Of a stretch of DNA of 64,000 nucleotides, positions 12,990 to 25,837 are shown in pieces. A program made the translations under genes and the position numbers. Under the pieces are notes generated by a model. It had not been told where the DNA came from. It searched no databases and worked only from the letters and a program-made list of their open reading frames with translations. Position 1 is the stretch's first letter. The number at the start of each line of letters is the position of its first letter. The stretch is from Octopus sinensis (taxonomy: Eukaryota): positions 40,858,001-40,922,000 of the forward strand of contig NC_043013.1 of the NCBI RefSeq assembly GCF_006345805.1. Reading direction: 5' to 3'.

Positions 12990-13560
12990 TTATATTTCAT
13001 AAAATTAAGATAAATAAAGTTCTTTTTAAATCTAAAATAAACTCTCCTTCATTTTCTACAATGCTCTTCTATCTATCTGGTAGACTTTGCAAGGCCCCTC
13101 TTCCTAAATTCACTTGTCCATTAAGAAAAATACTCCTCCAGTACTGTTCTGATCTCATCAACAGAATTCATATTTTTTCTATCCAAAAGATTTGGAAAAC
13201 TGCAGAATAAATGATAATCAGAAGGGGCAATGTCTGGTGAATATGGTGGGTTGGGCATCGTTTCTCATTGAAACTGCTCCAGCCTTTGGAATGTCATCCT
13301 CACTGTATGTGGCTCAGCATTATCCTGATGGAAGACCACCTTTCGTCTTGAAACCAAAGATGGTCGTTTTTCTTCTAGTGCTGACTTAAGCTACTCAAGC
13401 AGCTTACAGTAGATCTCCTATGTTATCGTTTAGTTTGAGTTTAAAAGTTTAAAGTGGATTAAACCTTTCTTATCCCACCAAACAGATAACACCTTACATG
13501 GGTGAAGACCTTTAGTCTGGTGTGCCAGCATTTCTCCTTTCCCTAGCCACTGTCTTGTTG
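12990..13560 (-). mobile_element. Mariner transposase C-terminal remnant
   Basis: The minus strand around 13200-13260 reads PNPPYSPDIAPSDYHLF. Confidence 0.78.
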
Positions 13561-14797
13561 CTTGACATTTTTATAGAAAATCCATTCTGCCTATCAAATC
13601 TACTCACATGGCTTTATAGTTAGCCTGAGGCTATATAGTAGAAGACACTTGCCCAAGGTGCCATGCAGTGGGACTGAACTCAGAAGCATGTGGTTGGGAA
13701 ACAAACATCTTACCACGTAACCATGCAGTGGGACTGAACCCCAGAACCGTGTGGTTGGGAAGCAAGCTTCTTACCACAACCATGTCTGTGCCTATAGTAT
13801 AAGAGGTGTAGTAGTATAATTAAATACACTTCTTGACATACATCAGCAATTTCATCTAAAGCGACAAGAAGGAATAGTCCAAGACTCCAAAGTCTAGTAC
13901 ATATCTAAGATTTTATGGAGAGGACTATGTCTAATTTAACCCCATTGATGCCAACATGCTTGAGATTGCCCCCAGTTCTTTGATAAAAACTTTCTCTTTT
14001 GAAGTGATTAAAATTTAAGCCTCCAACCAAAATTTCATGTTGATACATGTTCCTGTCACAAGCTTAATAATGACAAATTTATTTTACCAAATTTCTTCAT
14101 CATTTTAAAATTTAATTGCAATAGAGGCAGTATATTTCAAAAGAAGTATGGCAAACAAAGCATTAAAGTAGTCTAAATTAAATCTTTGCACCAAAATTCC
14201 TTGTTAATTTGTGTTCCAAAAAACCAGCTTTAAGATAAGAAATTTATTTTACCAAGTTCATCATTTTGAAAATTAATTGAAATAAAGGTTGTGTATTCAA
14301 ACAGAAATATGATAACGAAAAGGTTAAAGTTCAAGTGTGAAGCAGCAATGGGATATTTAGAGTGAGACTTGATGTGATTGTGGGAAATTTGGCTGCTATG
14401 TCTACCAAACTGAGAGACCATGTAGAGGTTCTTTTCATGGTTCAATCAAATGAGACTCCTTCCCCATTTGATAGGGGTACATTGAGTACCTCTCTGCATA
14501 CACTGCTCTCGAATATATAGAGAGATATAAAGAAATGAGTTATTTGGGCATGGCTGTTTGGACACTGGTAATATGGCATGGCTGACTGAATACTGAATCT
14601 GTTTTAGACAGTGCTTGTTGGTACTGGAGACAAACAGAGATGCATACACGTGTGTGCATGTACAGAAATGCACACACATAGATAGAAAGAGAGGGAGAGG
14701 GAGAGAAAGAGAGGGAAAGACAGGCATTATAATTTGTTAATTTGACAAAATCGACATAACCACCTTGCTTCTCCTCATGCATATAGAGAATATACTC

Positions 14798-14828
<31 letters not shown>

Positions 14829-14952
14829 GACAGACAGAGAGGGAGAGAGAAAGAAAGAAAGAGATGGTGGGGAGGAGGGTGGGAATGACAGTAACATAAA
14901 AATGAGAGAAATATTAAGAGATGTCAAATAGTTCAGTGTCAAATCAGTGATA

Positions 14953-15078
14953 CCAAATAGGTGGTACCAAAATGGCTGTGCCAAGACGGCTGCATCAAGA
15001 CGGTTGCACCAAGACGGTTGCACCAAGACGGTTGCACCAAGACGGTTGCACCAAGATGGTTGTACTAAGATGAGATGC
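14953..15078. repeat. 14-bp minisatellite (ccaagacggttgca), about 9 units
   Basis: Four identical central units with degenerate edges. Confidence 0.9.
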
Positions 15079-16092
15079 ATTAAAATACGATATGACAAGG
15101 GAATTCAAATTTATATGAATGTAGTTTTAGCTGTGTAAGAGGACAATAAATATAATCAGATGCCGTATGGAACGAACTTTTCGATTGTATGTTCAGTGAT
15201 ATTTCATGTCATTCAGGTTTACTGAGGCAAACAAAGGGCTAGCACTGAATTTAAAATGGGTTAGCAGTGAATTGAGAATGGGCCGACACAGTGAATAGAA
15301 GGAAGTCACCATAGACTGTGTCTATTTGCAAGAGTAGATACATCTCATTATCGTTTGTCTGCCAACACACGCATGATACATTCATTAAGAAAATCAGTTA
15401 CAAGTTAATAAGATAATCTCTGTACAGTTGCTTGGCATTAGAGAAATAGCAGCCAAGTTTTTTCCCAGATCATATCTTTCGGTCTTAAAAATAGTGAAGG
15501 ACACAGTGGAAAATGTAGTTACATCTACTTCCCTTCTACTCACCTTGTCACTTAGGGATTTACCTGGACTTGCAGCTTCTATTGATCAATAACAAACGTT
15601 CTTCTACAATAACAACCGTTCCTGACTTCTTTCAATCTTCAACCCCTCATCTCTTTGCTCAAAGCCCTTCCACCCTGAGTTTTAGTTTTCCTTTTTTGGG
15701 GGGCTTGCAAGAATATGTATTGTCAAAGACTGTAGAATGAACTGAAAATTCATTTTAACCCTTTAGCATTTAAATCAACCTTAACTGCCCAAGGTGCCAC
15801 ACAGTGGGGGAATTGAACCTGGAACCATGTGGTTGGGAAGCAGGGTTCTTACTACACAGCCACACCTGTGCCTATACTCTACTCTTTTACTTGTTTCAGT
15901 CATTTGACTGTGGCCATGCTGGAGCATCGCCTTTAGTCGAACAAATCGACCTCAGGACTTATTCTTTGTAAGCCTAGTACTTATTCTATTGGTTTCTTTT
16001 GCTGAACCGCTAAGTTACGGGGACGTAAACACACCAGCATCAGTTGTCAAGCGATGTTGGGGGAACAAACACAGACACACAAACATATACAC

Positions 16093-16129
<37 letters not shown>

Positions 16130-16429
16130 CGACGGGCTTCTTTCAGTTTCCGTCTACCAAATCCACGCACAAGGCTTTGGTTGGCCAGTGGGACTGAACC
16201 TGGAACCATGTGGTTGGTTAGCAAGCTACTTACCACACAGCCACTCCTATGCCTATATTAAATATTCCTACAGATGTCACCCAATAACTGGCCATGTTCA
16301 GTCTTCCCCTCCAAGTTTGCGTTGGTCACTTAAGTTCTTTAATATAAACACAAAAGTAACCAAATTGTGTTTACTGAAACAACAGATTACATCTGTAAAG
16401 TGTTGTTCTCTCTTTGCTGGACTAACACC

Positions 16430-17040
16430 ATTTGGCAACGGTAGTGGCAATAATGATGGTGGTGATGGAAATGGGAGTTGGTGGTGGTGGTGGTAGGGAT
16501 GATGATAGTGGTGGTGGCAGTGGTGGTAATGGTAGTGGTGATGATGATGGTGGTGGCGGCAGTTGTGATAGTTGTGATGGTGGTGGTGACAGTAGTGGTG
16601 ATGATGATGGTGGTGGTGATAGTAGTGGTGATGATGGTGGTGGCAGTAGTGGCAGTGATAGTGGTGGCAGTGGCTGGTGGTGGTGATGACAGTGTTGTTG
16701 ATGGTGCTGGTTATGGTGGCAGTGGTGGTGATGGTAGTGATGATGATGATGGTTGTGGTTGTGAGCATAGTGATGGTGATGATGGCGGTGGCAGTGACGG
16801 TGCTGACAGCAATGTTGTTGACAATTTTGGTGGTGGTGGCTGCAGTAGTACTGACAGCAGTGTTATTGATGGTGATTGTTGTAGTGGTGGTGGCTGTGGT
16901 AGTTGTGTTGTTGATGGTAATGGTGGAGAAGTGTTGGTAGTAAAAGTTATGGTGCCAGGAAGTGGTGGTGGTGGTGTTGATTGTAGTGGTAGTGGCGGAA
17001 GTATGTTAGTAGAAAGGTTCGTTGTGATGAAAGAGGCATA
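16430..17040. repeat. GGT/GAT-rich low-complexity block
   Basis: Degenerate (ggt)n/(gat)n sequence. Confidence 0.85.
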
Positions 17041-17190
17041 ACATGATTACAGTAAGGGCATCATAATTAATTGGTGATTAACATGTTGGATTCCTACTTG
17101 GAAGTTCCGGCCATATTCCAGAGACAGTCCAACATTTTGTGAGGGAGACTTTTCTTTTTCTTATGGAATAAATATAAATATAATAAATAT

Positions 17191-17607
17191 AGGTGCAGGA
17201 GTGGCTCTGGGATAAGTAGCTTGCTTACCAACTACATGGTTCTGGGTTCATTCCCACTGTGTGGCACTTTGGGCAAGTGTCTTCTACTATAGCCTCGGGC
17301 TGACCAAAGCCATGTGAGTGGATTTGGTAGATGGAAACTGGAAGAAGCCCGTCGTATATACATACATATATATGTATATGTATGTGTGTGTATATGTTTG
17401 TGTGTCTGTGTTTGTCCCCCCACCAACATCACTTGACAACTGATGGTGGTGTGTTTATGTCCCCGTAACTTAGCAGTTCGGCAAAAGATTCTTTGGAAGC
17501 CTAGTACTTATTCTATCAGTCTAAGTCCTGGGGTTGATTTGCTTGACTAAAGCCGGTACTCCAGTATGGCCACAGTCAAATGATTGAAACAAGTAAAAGA
17601 GTAAAGA
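17191..17607 (+). mobile_element. tRNA-derived SINE, family B (the most abundant here)
   Basis: Head aggtgcaggagtggct..ggttcagtcccactg, central (TA)/(TG) tract, tail cagtcaaatgactgaaacaagtaaaagag. Further copies at about 8990-9590(-), 15876-16255(-), 29221-29648(-), 33522-33925(+), 37148-37540(+) and 60022-60421(-). Confidence 0.85.
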
Positions 17608-17629
17608 GTATAAAAATTGTTGCTGCTGC

Positions 17630-18091
17630 TATAGTCACCATCGTCGCCAGTGCCGCCGCTACTATAAATGCCACTACCAGTATCTCTCCACATCTATAAT
17701 TGTCATAATCAACACAACCACCACCACCACAACTACCACACCACCAACCATAACAACACAACCACCACACCACCAAAACAACAAAACTGCTTGAACACCA
17801 ACACAACTGCCACCACCCACAACTTTTAACACAACAAACTACATCCAACACAACAGCCAACTTCCATTGTAATTTCCACCACCACCACCACCACCATTAC
17901 TGCCACTGCCATTAGTGTAACAGAAATGATGATGACAGTACAGTCTTTGGCAACGCTACATAGGCCCTGCCACTTCATGTGCAACCATCTGACAAACCAA
18001 ATTTTCATAACAATACACCCAAACTTTTCAATAACAACATTAACAACCACAGCACTCTTATACAGAGAAAAACATCAAACAAACAAACAAA

Positions 18092-18152
<61 letters not shown>

Positions 18153-18400
18153 ACTAAGATGTTCTTTGCAAATGGTTGTCCATTATCCTCTGAAACAGAC
18201 ACAATGTTCTTCATCAGTTGTTCCTTTGCCTCTTTGTAAATCTAAACCCTCGATGTTAACACTGCCTCTATAATTTCCATCATCAACACAATCACCACCA
18301 CCACTACCACCATCCACAACCATTAGCACAACGACCACAACTGCTGTCTCCAACACAACAGCCATTTCCATTGTAACTACCACCACCTTCAGTGACAGAC
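17630..18400. repeat. ACC/AAC-rich low-complexity blocks with an internal direct repeat
   Basis: caacacaacagcca..ttccattgtaa occurs at about 17826 and 18351. (CA)n lies between them. Confidence 0.8.
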
Positions 18401-20214
18401 ATGACATGTAAATGTTTGATTGGGTTGCCCCGGTCCCCATACAACTGAATATGTATATGCCCCTTTGCCCTAATTTTCTTGCTTTTTCTACAAGTACTGA
18501 ACGTGTTTCTCCTCTTTATCTTCCACCTTCAATCCCCCTGCAGGAGGGATTCATATTACAACATGTTGTAATAGTCCATGTGCCATATGCATATCATATT
18601 ATATCTTACATACAAAAATTTCCCCCTCATTATTCCCACATTTTCATTACTGGGCAATGTTTATATAAGCCAAACCAAATCATAACACAGAAGTCTATTT
18701 AAAAGCCAGAACATTTGAAAAATCTTCAGGAAGGTTTGAGGTCCTCAGAGAACCCACCTATGGCTGATCTTTTCCCTACAGATATACACATATAAAGTTA
18801 CACACACACACAGATACTCATACAATATACAGTCACAAACACACACATGGTGAACACTTTAGTGACTGACCACCTCAGCTGATCTCTTCCCAGCACATGT
18901 ATACACACAAATACGCAAATACAGATACATGTACAGATAGCACCTCAGTGACCCGCCTATAGCTGATCCCAGCTCTACTAATATCTATTGTTGATTCTTG
19001 CCCTACAAATACAGATATACACTCACATATACCTTAGTAGATCACAGACATTCACACCTTAGTGGATCACAAAGGTATATGTGTGAATGTCTGTGTATGT
19101 ATATCTATGTGTGTGTGTGTGGGTGTGTGTGTTTGTAGGGCAGAGATCAGCAACAGGTGGGTCACTAAGGTACTCACCATGTGTGTGTGTGCGTGTGTGT
19201 GTGTTTGTTACTGTGTATTGTATGAGTATTCCCTGTTGACTCCCTGGTATACAAATACATATGCACATACACACAAATACAAACATACACACATATATGA
19301 ATATATCAAACGTCAAGTCTTTCACTAGGTACAGACTAGGAATAAGACCTTCATAGAGAGATTAAGTTGTACCCTGTCTGCTTTTTGGCACTTGATGAAT
19401 ATATTTCATATGGGAAAAGCAGTGTAGGTCGCTTGAAGCATTGTGATAAATAAGTAAAATAGTAAGAATAGTAAAGATAGAGAGCTTCTCACAAAGCAGA
19501 ATAGGAATAAATTTAACCTTTATATAGTTTAGGCAGAAAAGCCCTTCATCATCATAAGTAAATAGTCAAGAAATGTCAGTCCATTATACAGGAAAATGTT
19601 GAACTATAAAACCAGAAACAAAACAGAAAAGATCTCACAAAGGAAGTTCACCTGGATTTAAACAACGACAGCCACAGGAATTACAGAGTGCGTATAAGGA
19701 CAATTACCACTCCCTAGGACAATTACTTCACTTATTTCTTTATTGCCCACAAGGGGCTAAACATAGAGGGGACAAACAAGGATAGACAAAGGGAGTAAGT
19801 CGATTACATCGACCCCAGTGCATAACTGGTACTTAATTTATCGACCCTGAAAGGATGAAAGACAAAGTCGACCTTGGCGGAATTTGAACTCAGAACGTAA
19901 CGACAGCACGCTGGGCAAAATGCTTAGCGATATTTCGTCTAACTTTTCTGCCAGTTCGCCGCCTTACTTCAATTACTTCACTTGGTTAATTACCCCCTCT
20001 CCAATATATCAAGAAGTTTTAAATCATCATCTGTTGTCCTCAGGGGTAATTGTCTTTGGTGGGGTTTATTGTCCATGGGAAGTAAATGTCCTTGACTCAC
20101 TGAGTGTTTGGACTAAATTTTACAGTTTGCATAAAAGGAAAAGAAAATATAATATCCCATTCAAAACAAAAAGTATTTAAAAACAAAATATCAATTGGAT
20201 CATGGTTGGGAGGT

Positions 20215-20870
20215 AACAGTTTATTCTAAGTAGCTGTCTCCAGCTTCTGCCATAGCCTGAAGATGGCTCTGGTGCCTGTGCATGCATTTCTCACTGTATC
20301 CCTAGAAAGATCTGCAAATACTTCCTTGATCTTGGCTACCAGCTTCGTCCTGGTGTTGCAGGCAGAATGGTAGGTGTCTTCCTGAACTATGCTCTACACA
20401 TAATAATCCATGGGATTACAATCAAGGGAATTAAGAGGCAAGGAATTGGGGCCAGTGAAGTTTGTGGAAATTCTCCAACAACCATTTCTGACTTTCTCTG
20501 GAAGTATGGCTAGGAGCTGAATCCTGCTGCTATGCATATTGCCTTCTAACAGCAATCCTTTCATGTCAAGGTTTGATGACAATCTCTAGCAGCTTCGCAT
20601 AGTTATCTGAATTGAGCCTAAAGCCCTGTTCAGAGATGTGGTGAGACATGATGTCACCCCTACTAGAGACACACCTAAAGACCATCACTTTCCGGATGGC
20701 CTAGCTTTGTAGTCTCCGTTACAGCTGTCCAATGTCATGTCTTACTGCCATTGCCGTATTCACAAAGCATTGAGCAGCAGTCATGATATTGGAATTTTGA
20801 TATCTGACATAAACCATTATAGTCAGGTAATTCTTTTCCAATATTCAGATGGCTTGTCAGGGAACCATTT
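20215..20870 (-). mobile_element. Tc1/mariner (maT-like) remnant
   Basis: NSLDCNPMDYYV resembles the SPDxNPLDY motif. A homologous copy lies at 47290-47700. Confidence 0.62.
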
Positions 20871-21438
20871 AGCTTACTGGTTAGAACACCCAGCCAGTAT
20901 CTGACAACTTTATCAAAAGCAGCAAACTGGCAGAATTGTTAGCAAGCTGGGTGGAATGCTTAGTGGCATTATGCTTGTCTTCACATTCTGAGTTCAAACT
21001 CCACTGAGGTCCACTTTGCCTTTCATTCTTTTGGGGTTCAATAAAATAAGTACCAGTTGAGCACTGGAGTCTGTGTAAAGAACTTAACCCCTCCCTCATA
21101 ACTGCTAACCTTGTGCCAAAATTTGAAGTCGATATTCAGATTGCTGCTAATCCTCAATGTCAGCAAACTTTTTCTCAACTACAACATTAGTCTTATGCAT
21201 GTCATCATCATTTAATGCTCTCCAGTGCCACTGACAGTCCACCAAATACATCAAGCTATTATTGAAAAAAAAGGCAACGTAAGTCCTCAACTTTATCTTG
21301 AACACCTTGCACTTGTTGTTTAATCTAAGAAATAAACCATAAAAATAAACAAACAAAAATAATAAAGGTTTCTTCAATGTTAGCATCATCTCTTCCCTCT
21401 ACCATAAAACCAAAAGATGATCAGTGAATTATAATTAC

Positions 21439-21562
21439 CTTTGTGGCTCCAACTTGGTATTTAGATTCATTGTCTGGGTGTTGGGTCAGCAAGATTTTAC
21501 GGCAAATATCTGAGGGAAGGTCTGACTTTCTGATTTTCTGTCTTCTGATCAAACACTTGTAT
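21439..21562 (-). CDS. MYO15: Myosin XV-like exon: converter domain
   Basis: Acceptor (t)n-acttag, donor aag|gtaatt. 124 nt. The first A completes AG|A = Arg from the previous exon, then YKCLIRRQKIRKSDLPSDICRKILLTQHPDNESKYQVGATK. The joins give FIDRYKCL and GATKVFLKE. Confidence 0.93.
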
Positions 21563-22874
21563 CTAAGTAAAAAAAAAAAAAAGAAGCCTTTTGTAGACAA
21601 GGTCAAGGTGTCCCTGGTGTGGTGATATGGTGACACAGATTATATAGATGCACAGATGTAAGTGTACAGATACAAGGTCCAACAGATGCAGTGTTAAGGG
21701 ATATGTGTGATGGTTTCGTTTAATAGATGTAGTGGTAGAATTACTACATGTGAGTGTATGGCTTCATACTTTTAGAACATTGTAAGATCTGATGATAATA
21801 CCACATGGATACATGGCATGACAGCTGTATAATGTTGTGGGACCAGATGTTATTGTATGGACATATGGTATGATATATATATATATAATGGTGTATAGGC
21901 ACATGGTATGATAGATGTAATGATGTCTCTTAGGATCAGATGGTACTGGAAGGAAGGACCTCCTTCAGTCATGAATGACCATGAGATTGCACCGAGAAAG
22001 TTCTCTTCCAAGGCACAAATCCAGGCAAAGTTGTTTATAGAAGACCAGCATACTGGCCTCCCCTCTCCACATCACCAGTGTTATCCAAGGGAAAGGCAAG
22101 GGCCGATACAGCTTGGCACCAGTAACGACGCAAATTATTTCTACAGCTGAGAGAACTGGAGGAAAGTGAAATAAAGTGTCTTGCTCAAGAACACAACACA
22201 CAGCCCAGTCTGCAAATCAAACTTGTATAAAGGCAAGAAGAGATCAGTAACAACAATAGTGTCTAGTTGCTCAGAGCAGAGTGGTTAAATAAATCACTAA
22301 ATGTAGGCTTAAAAGGAAAAAAATTTAAATACATAAAAACAAACAGTTTAAGGATAAGAGACATGAAAAAAAAACAAAACAATTTCAAAGTGAAAGGCAA
22401 TGTAGGTTAATCAAAATCTGTATTTTTAAAAACGGAAACCCAGCCCTCGCACACTCTGGGTAAACCCCAGATAAGATCTGCAGGATAAATGATCTATTTT
22501 AATGGAAAGATTGGAAAAAAAATTACGTTTTAATTTTTTGACTAAATTCTTTTGATATTAGCTTACCTGAGACTACCACTGGTTCAAGGACACAAACTTC
22601 CTGCTTGAAAGCAATCTAAATTTAAGCCTTCCATTAAAATTTCATGTTAATTTACTTACTTTTCACCCCATCCCTTATCTTTCATTGCTTAACTCCCCCT
22701 TTTTCTGTTTCCTTGTGGAAGTAATTCAGGGGTAGCAGTTTTAGTGATTGATTTCTGATTTCACATGTTTTTCTAAAGTGAAAGATTTTTTAAAATAAAT
22801 TTATGACCTCAATAAACCAGTTTAATAACAAAGAAGTTATTTTACTGAATTCAATATTTTCAAAATTATTTATA

Positions 22875-23151
22875 ACTAGCACTATGACCCGGCGTTGCCG
22901 GGTCATAGTGGCATTCAATTGGCATATCAAGTTTCGGGCATTTTGATTGGGTTTTGGATAGAAAATTCACAAAAAGGTAACTTTTATTGAATTTTTAATG
23001 GCTTTACGGGGTGACTGGGGAAATGTAAAGATGTGCACGACCACCCTTGGACGGTTTTGACCATAGGAAGTGCGAGCCCTCTAACTGAAAAATTGTGGAT
23101 TTGTATAAAGGACACGCATGCAGACATTTTGCCGTTTATATATATAGAGAT
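22875..23151 (+). mobile_element. Non-autonomous Helentron/HINE-like element
   Basis: 5' ACTAG..ACCCGGCGTTGCCGGG hairpin and 3' cagacattttgccgtttatatatatagagat, typical of HINE-type ends. Confidence 0.62.
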
Positions 23152-24385
23152 AATCCTTTCTACTACAGGCACAAGACTGGAAATTTTGTGGGAGGGGACT
23201 AGCTGATTACATTGACCCCAGTATTTCACTGGTACTTAATTTATCAACCCTGAAAGGATGAAAGGTAAAGTCAACCTCAGCAGAATTTGAACTCAGCTTG
23301 CCAGGCTAAATGTTTAGTGGTATTTTTTTGTCTGCCGCTACATTCTAACGATTCTGCCAGCTTGTTGATGGGATCCCTGTATCTTAGCTTACGTTTACTC
23401 TACATAGACATAAAATACCTTTTTGGAATTGAGATGATACCAGGATTGAAAATCTGCCCTTCGTTTGGTTCTTGAACATCCAGCTTTGGGATCAGGTCTG
23501 GATGAGGATTTGTGAACTTAGATGTTTTTCATTTAAACTTAATTTAAAATAATATCATGTTGGTAGGGTAACAATAAATGCTTTATTATTAGTGCTCACT
23601 TTAGTTTTAAGCCACAGGTCCAATTAGAACTCTATAGAAACTAGCTTAAAAGTTTGTATGGAGTGCAGCTTTTAAGCTGGCTTGAAATAAAAGAACATTT
23701 CAACAGAAATATAGTAATAAAAGTGTTCAAACCTTTTCACTTGGCTGACATAAAAGCTCCAAAGGAGACCTTGAAAATTATTGCGAAACTTTCTATACAA
23801 ACTTGTATTAATGCGACTTATATGAAGAGGAAGACTACACCTAATTCAATTCTTACAGTTAAACAAAGATCAAGGTTATGTGAAATCAACATTGGGCGAA
23901 ATAATAAAAAAAGGAAGAACAATAAGGAAGAAATAAGGTCTTCACAATGACTGTGAACTGAGGATAGTAAATCACTGCAATTGGTAGGCTACTAATAATC
24001 AGTAGGAGGGAATTGAACAAGTTCAGTTGTCATGAGAAGGGAAAAATCTAATAGTTTGTGCCTTGCTTCTTTCATTTATTGCACCAACTGAACTGATCCA
24101 ATTATTTTATGTATTTTCCTATTGATCACAAAACGTCACCAATTTTCTTCAGTATAGATTTTTATCCAATAGAATGAGATTTTGTCTGGGTCAGCATAAA
24201 TTGAACTGAAAATATAAACAGTATTAGATGTGGCTGTGTGGTTAACCCTCCAGTTGTGCAGTGGGGTATCTCATACCTTAGGTGATGTTTGTATATGTGC
24301 ATCTTGCATCAGTGATAGTGTTATCCATCCATGTAATTTCTCAGCATACTCCCCTGAGTTAATGCACAACTCCATTCAGTTATTT

Positions 24386-24835
24386 ACATTTGATGGATCT
24401 TTGTCCTCCTCTTGTTTGTTGTTAACACAACATTTCGGCTGATATGCCCTTCGTCAGGTGTTTTGGGGAAATTTTGAACCTGGGTTCTCATTCCTAAGGT
24501 ATTTTCCAATGTTATTATCATTATTATTATTATTATTTTTGTTATTATTATTATTGTTATTATTATTATTATTATATAGTGGTTAAAAGTGAGGACTACT
24601 AACACCAAGATTCAGAGTTCGATTTCAGGCAGTGACCTAAATAACAATAACATTGAAAAATAACTTAGGAATGAGAACCCAGGTTTGAAATTTCCCCAAG
24701 ACACCTGAAGAAGGCTGGAGGGTATAACAGCTGAAACGCTGTGTTAACAACAAGCAAGATGAGAACAAATATCCGTCAAATGCAAATAATGCAAATAATG
24801 TACATAATTCATCTCTTAAATAGAACTGTATTCAC
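24386..24835. repeat. Short fold-back element with degenerate hammerhead-like arms
   Basis: 24386-24515 is approximately the reverse complement of 24650-24790. The arms contain CTGAAGA..GAAA and CTGACGA..GAAA. Confidence 0.7.
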
Positions 24836-25451
24836 TCAGTTATTTGCTGAGTGATGAGAAATGTACGCACATTATTTGTGCCTGGGGTTGTGCATACCCC
24901 ACCATGCCATTCACTGTACCATTTATTGACAGGTATATTTTTGTTTCCTTCTCTTTCTTATTGTTTATCTTGCTTATTTACTTTTATATCTGAAAGGCTG
25001 ATTATTTCTTGCATAAAATTATATACTATTGTCAGCTGCCCAACATTTTTTTTTTGTTATTAGATGGTTCTGAATGCCATAATGGTGAGAAATCTTTTCT
25101 TTCAGATTCACAATGGACTACGAAAGACAAATGGAAAAATTGGGAGAGAATTAAGCATAGAAGAATCAAGATCATTTCTTGATGAAAAAAAAACAGATGA
25201 AGAGAAATATGAAGAGGAAGGAGAGAGTATAGCTGAGGATGAAACAACAGATGAAGAGGGAAGAACTGAAGCAGATGGCATGTTGCAGACCTCACCAGAT
25301 GATCCTTTAGAAGAAACACATGAAGTTAATGAAGAAGAGGAACAATAGGCTACCAGGAACAGAAAAACAGTTTATAAGCAAAAATGATTATTTTCCCCAC
25401 GTGTATATCTTTCTGAGGAGTTTTCTGATATTGATTTCCAAATATTAATAA

Positions 25452-25837
25452 TACTCTTGTACTTGTTTCAGTCATTTGACTGCAGCCATGCTGGAGCACT
25501 GCCTTCAGTCGAGCAAATCGACCCCGGGACTTATTCTTTGTAAGCCCAGTACTTATTCTATCAGTCTCGTTTGCCGAACCGCTAAGTAACGGGGATGCAA
25601 ACACACCAGCATCGATTGTCAAGCAATGCTAGGGGGACAAACACAAAAACACATACACATACATATATATATACGACAGGCTTCTTTCAGTTTCCGTCTA
25701 CCAAATCCACTCACAAGGCATTGGTCGGCCCGAGGCTATAGCAGAAGACACTCGCCCAAGGTGCCACACAGTGGGACTGAACCCGGAACCATGTGGTCGG
25801 TTAGCAAGCTACTTACCATACAGCCATTCCTGCGCCT
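25452..25837 (-). mobile_element. Family B SINE inserted inside the piggyBac
   Basis: Near-complete reverse-complement copy lying between the piggyBac acidic ORF and its catalytic ORF. Confidence 0.85.
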
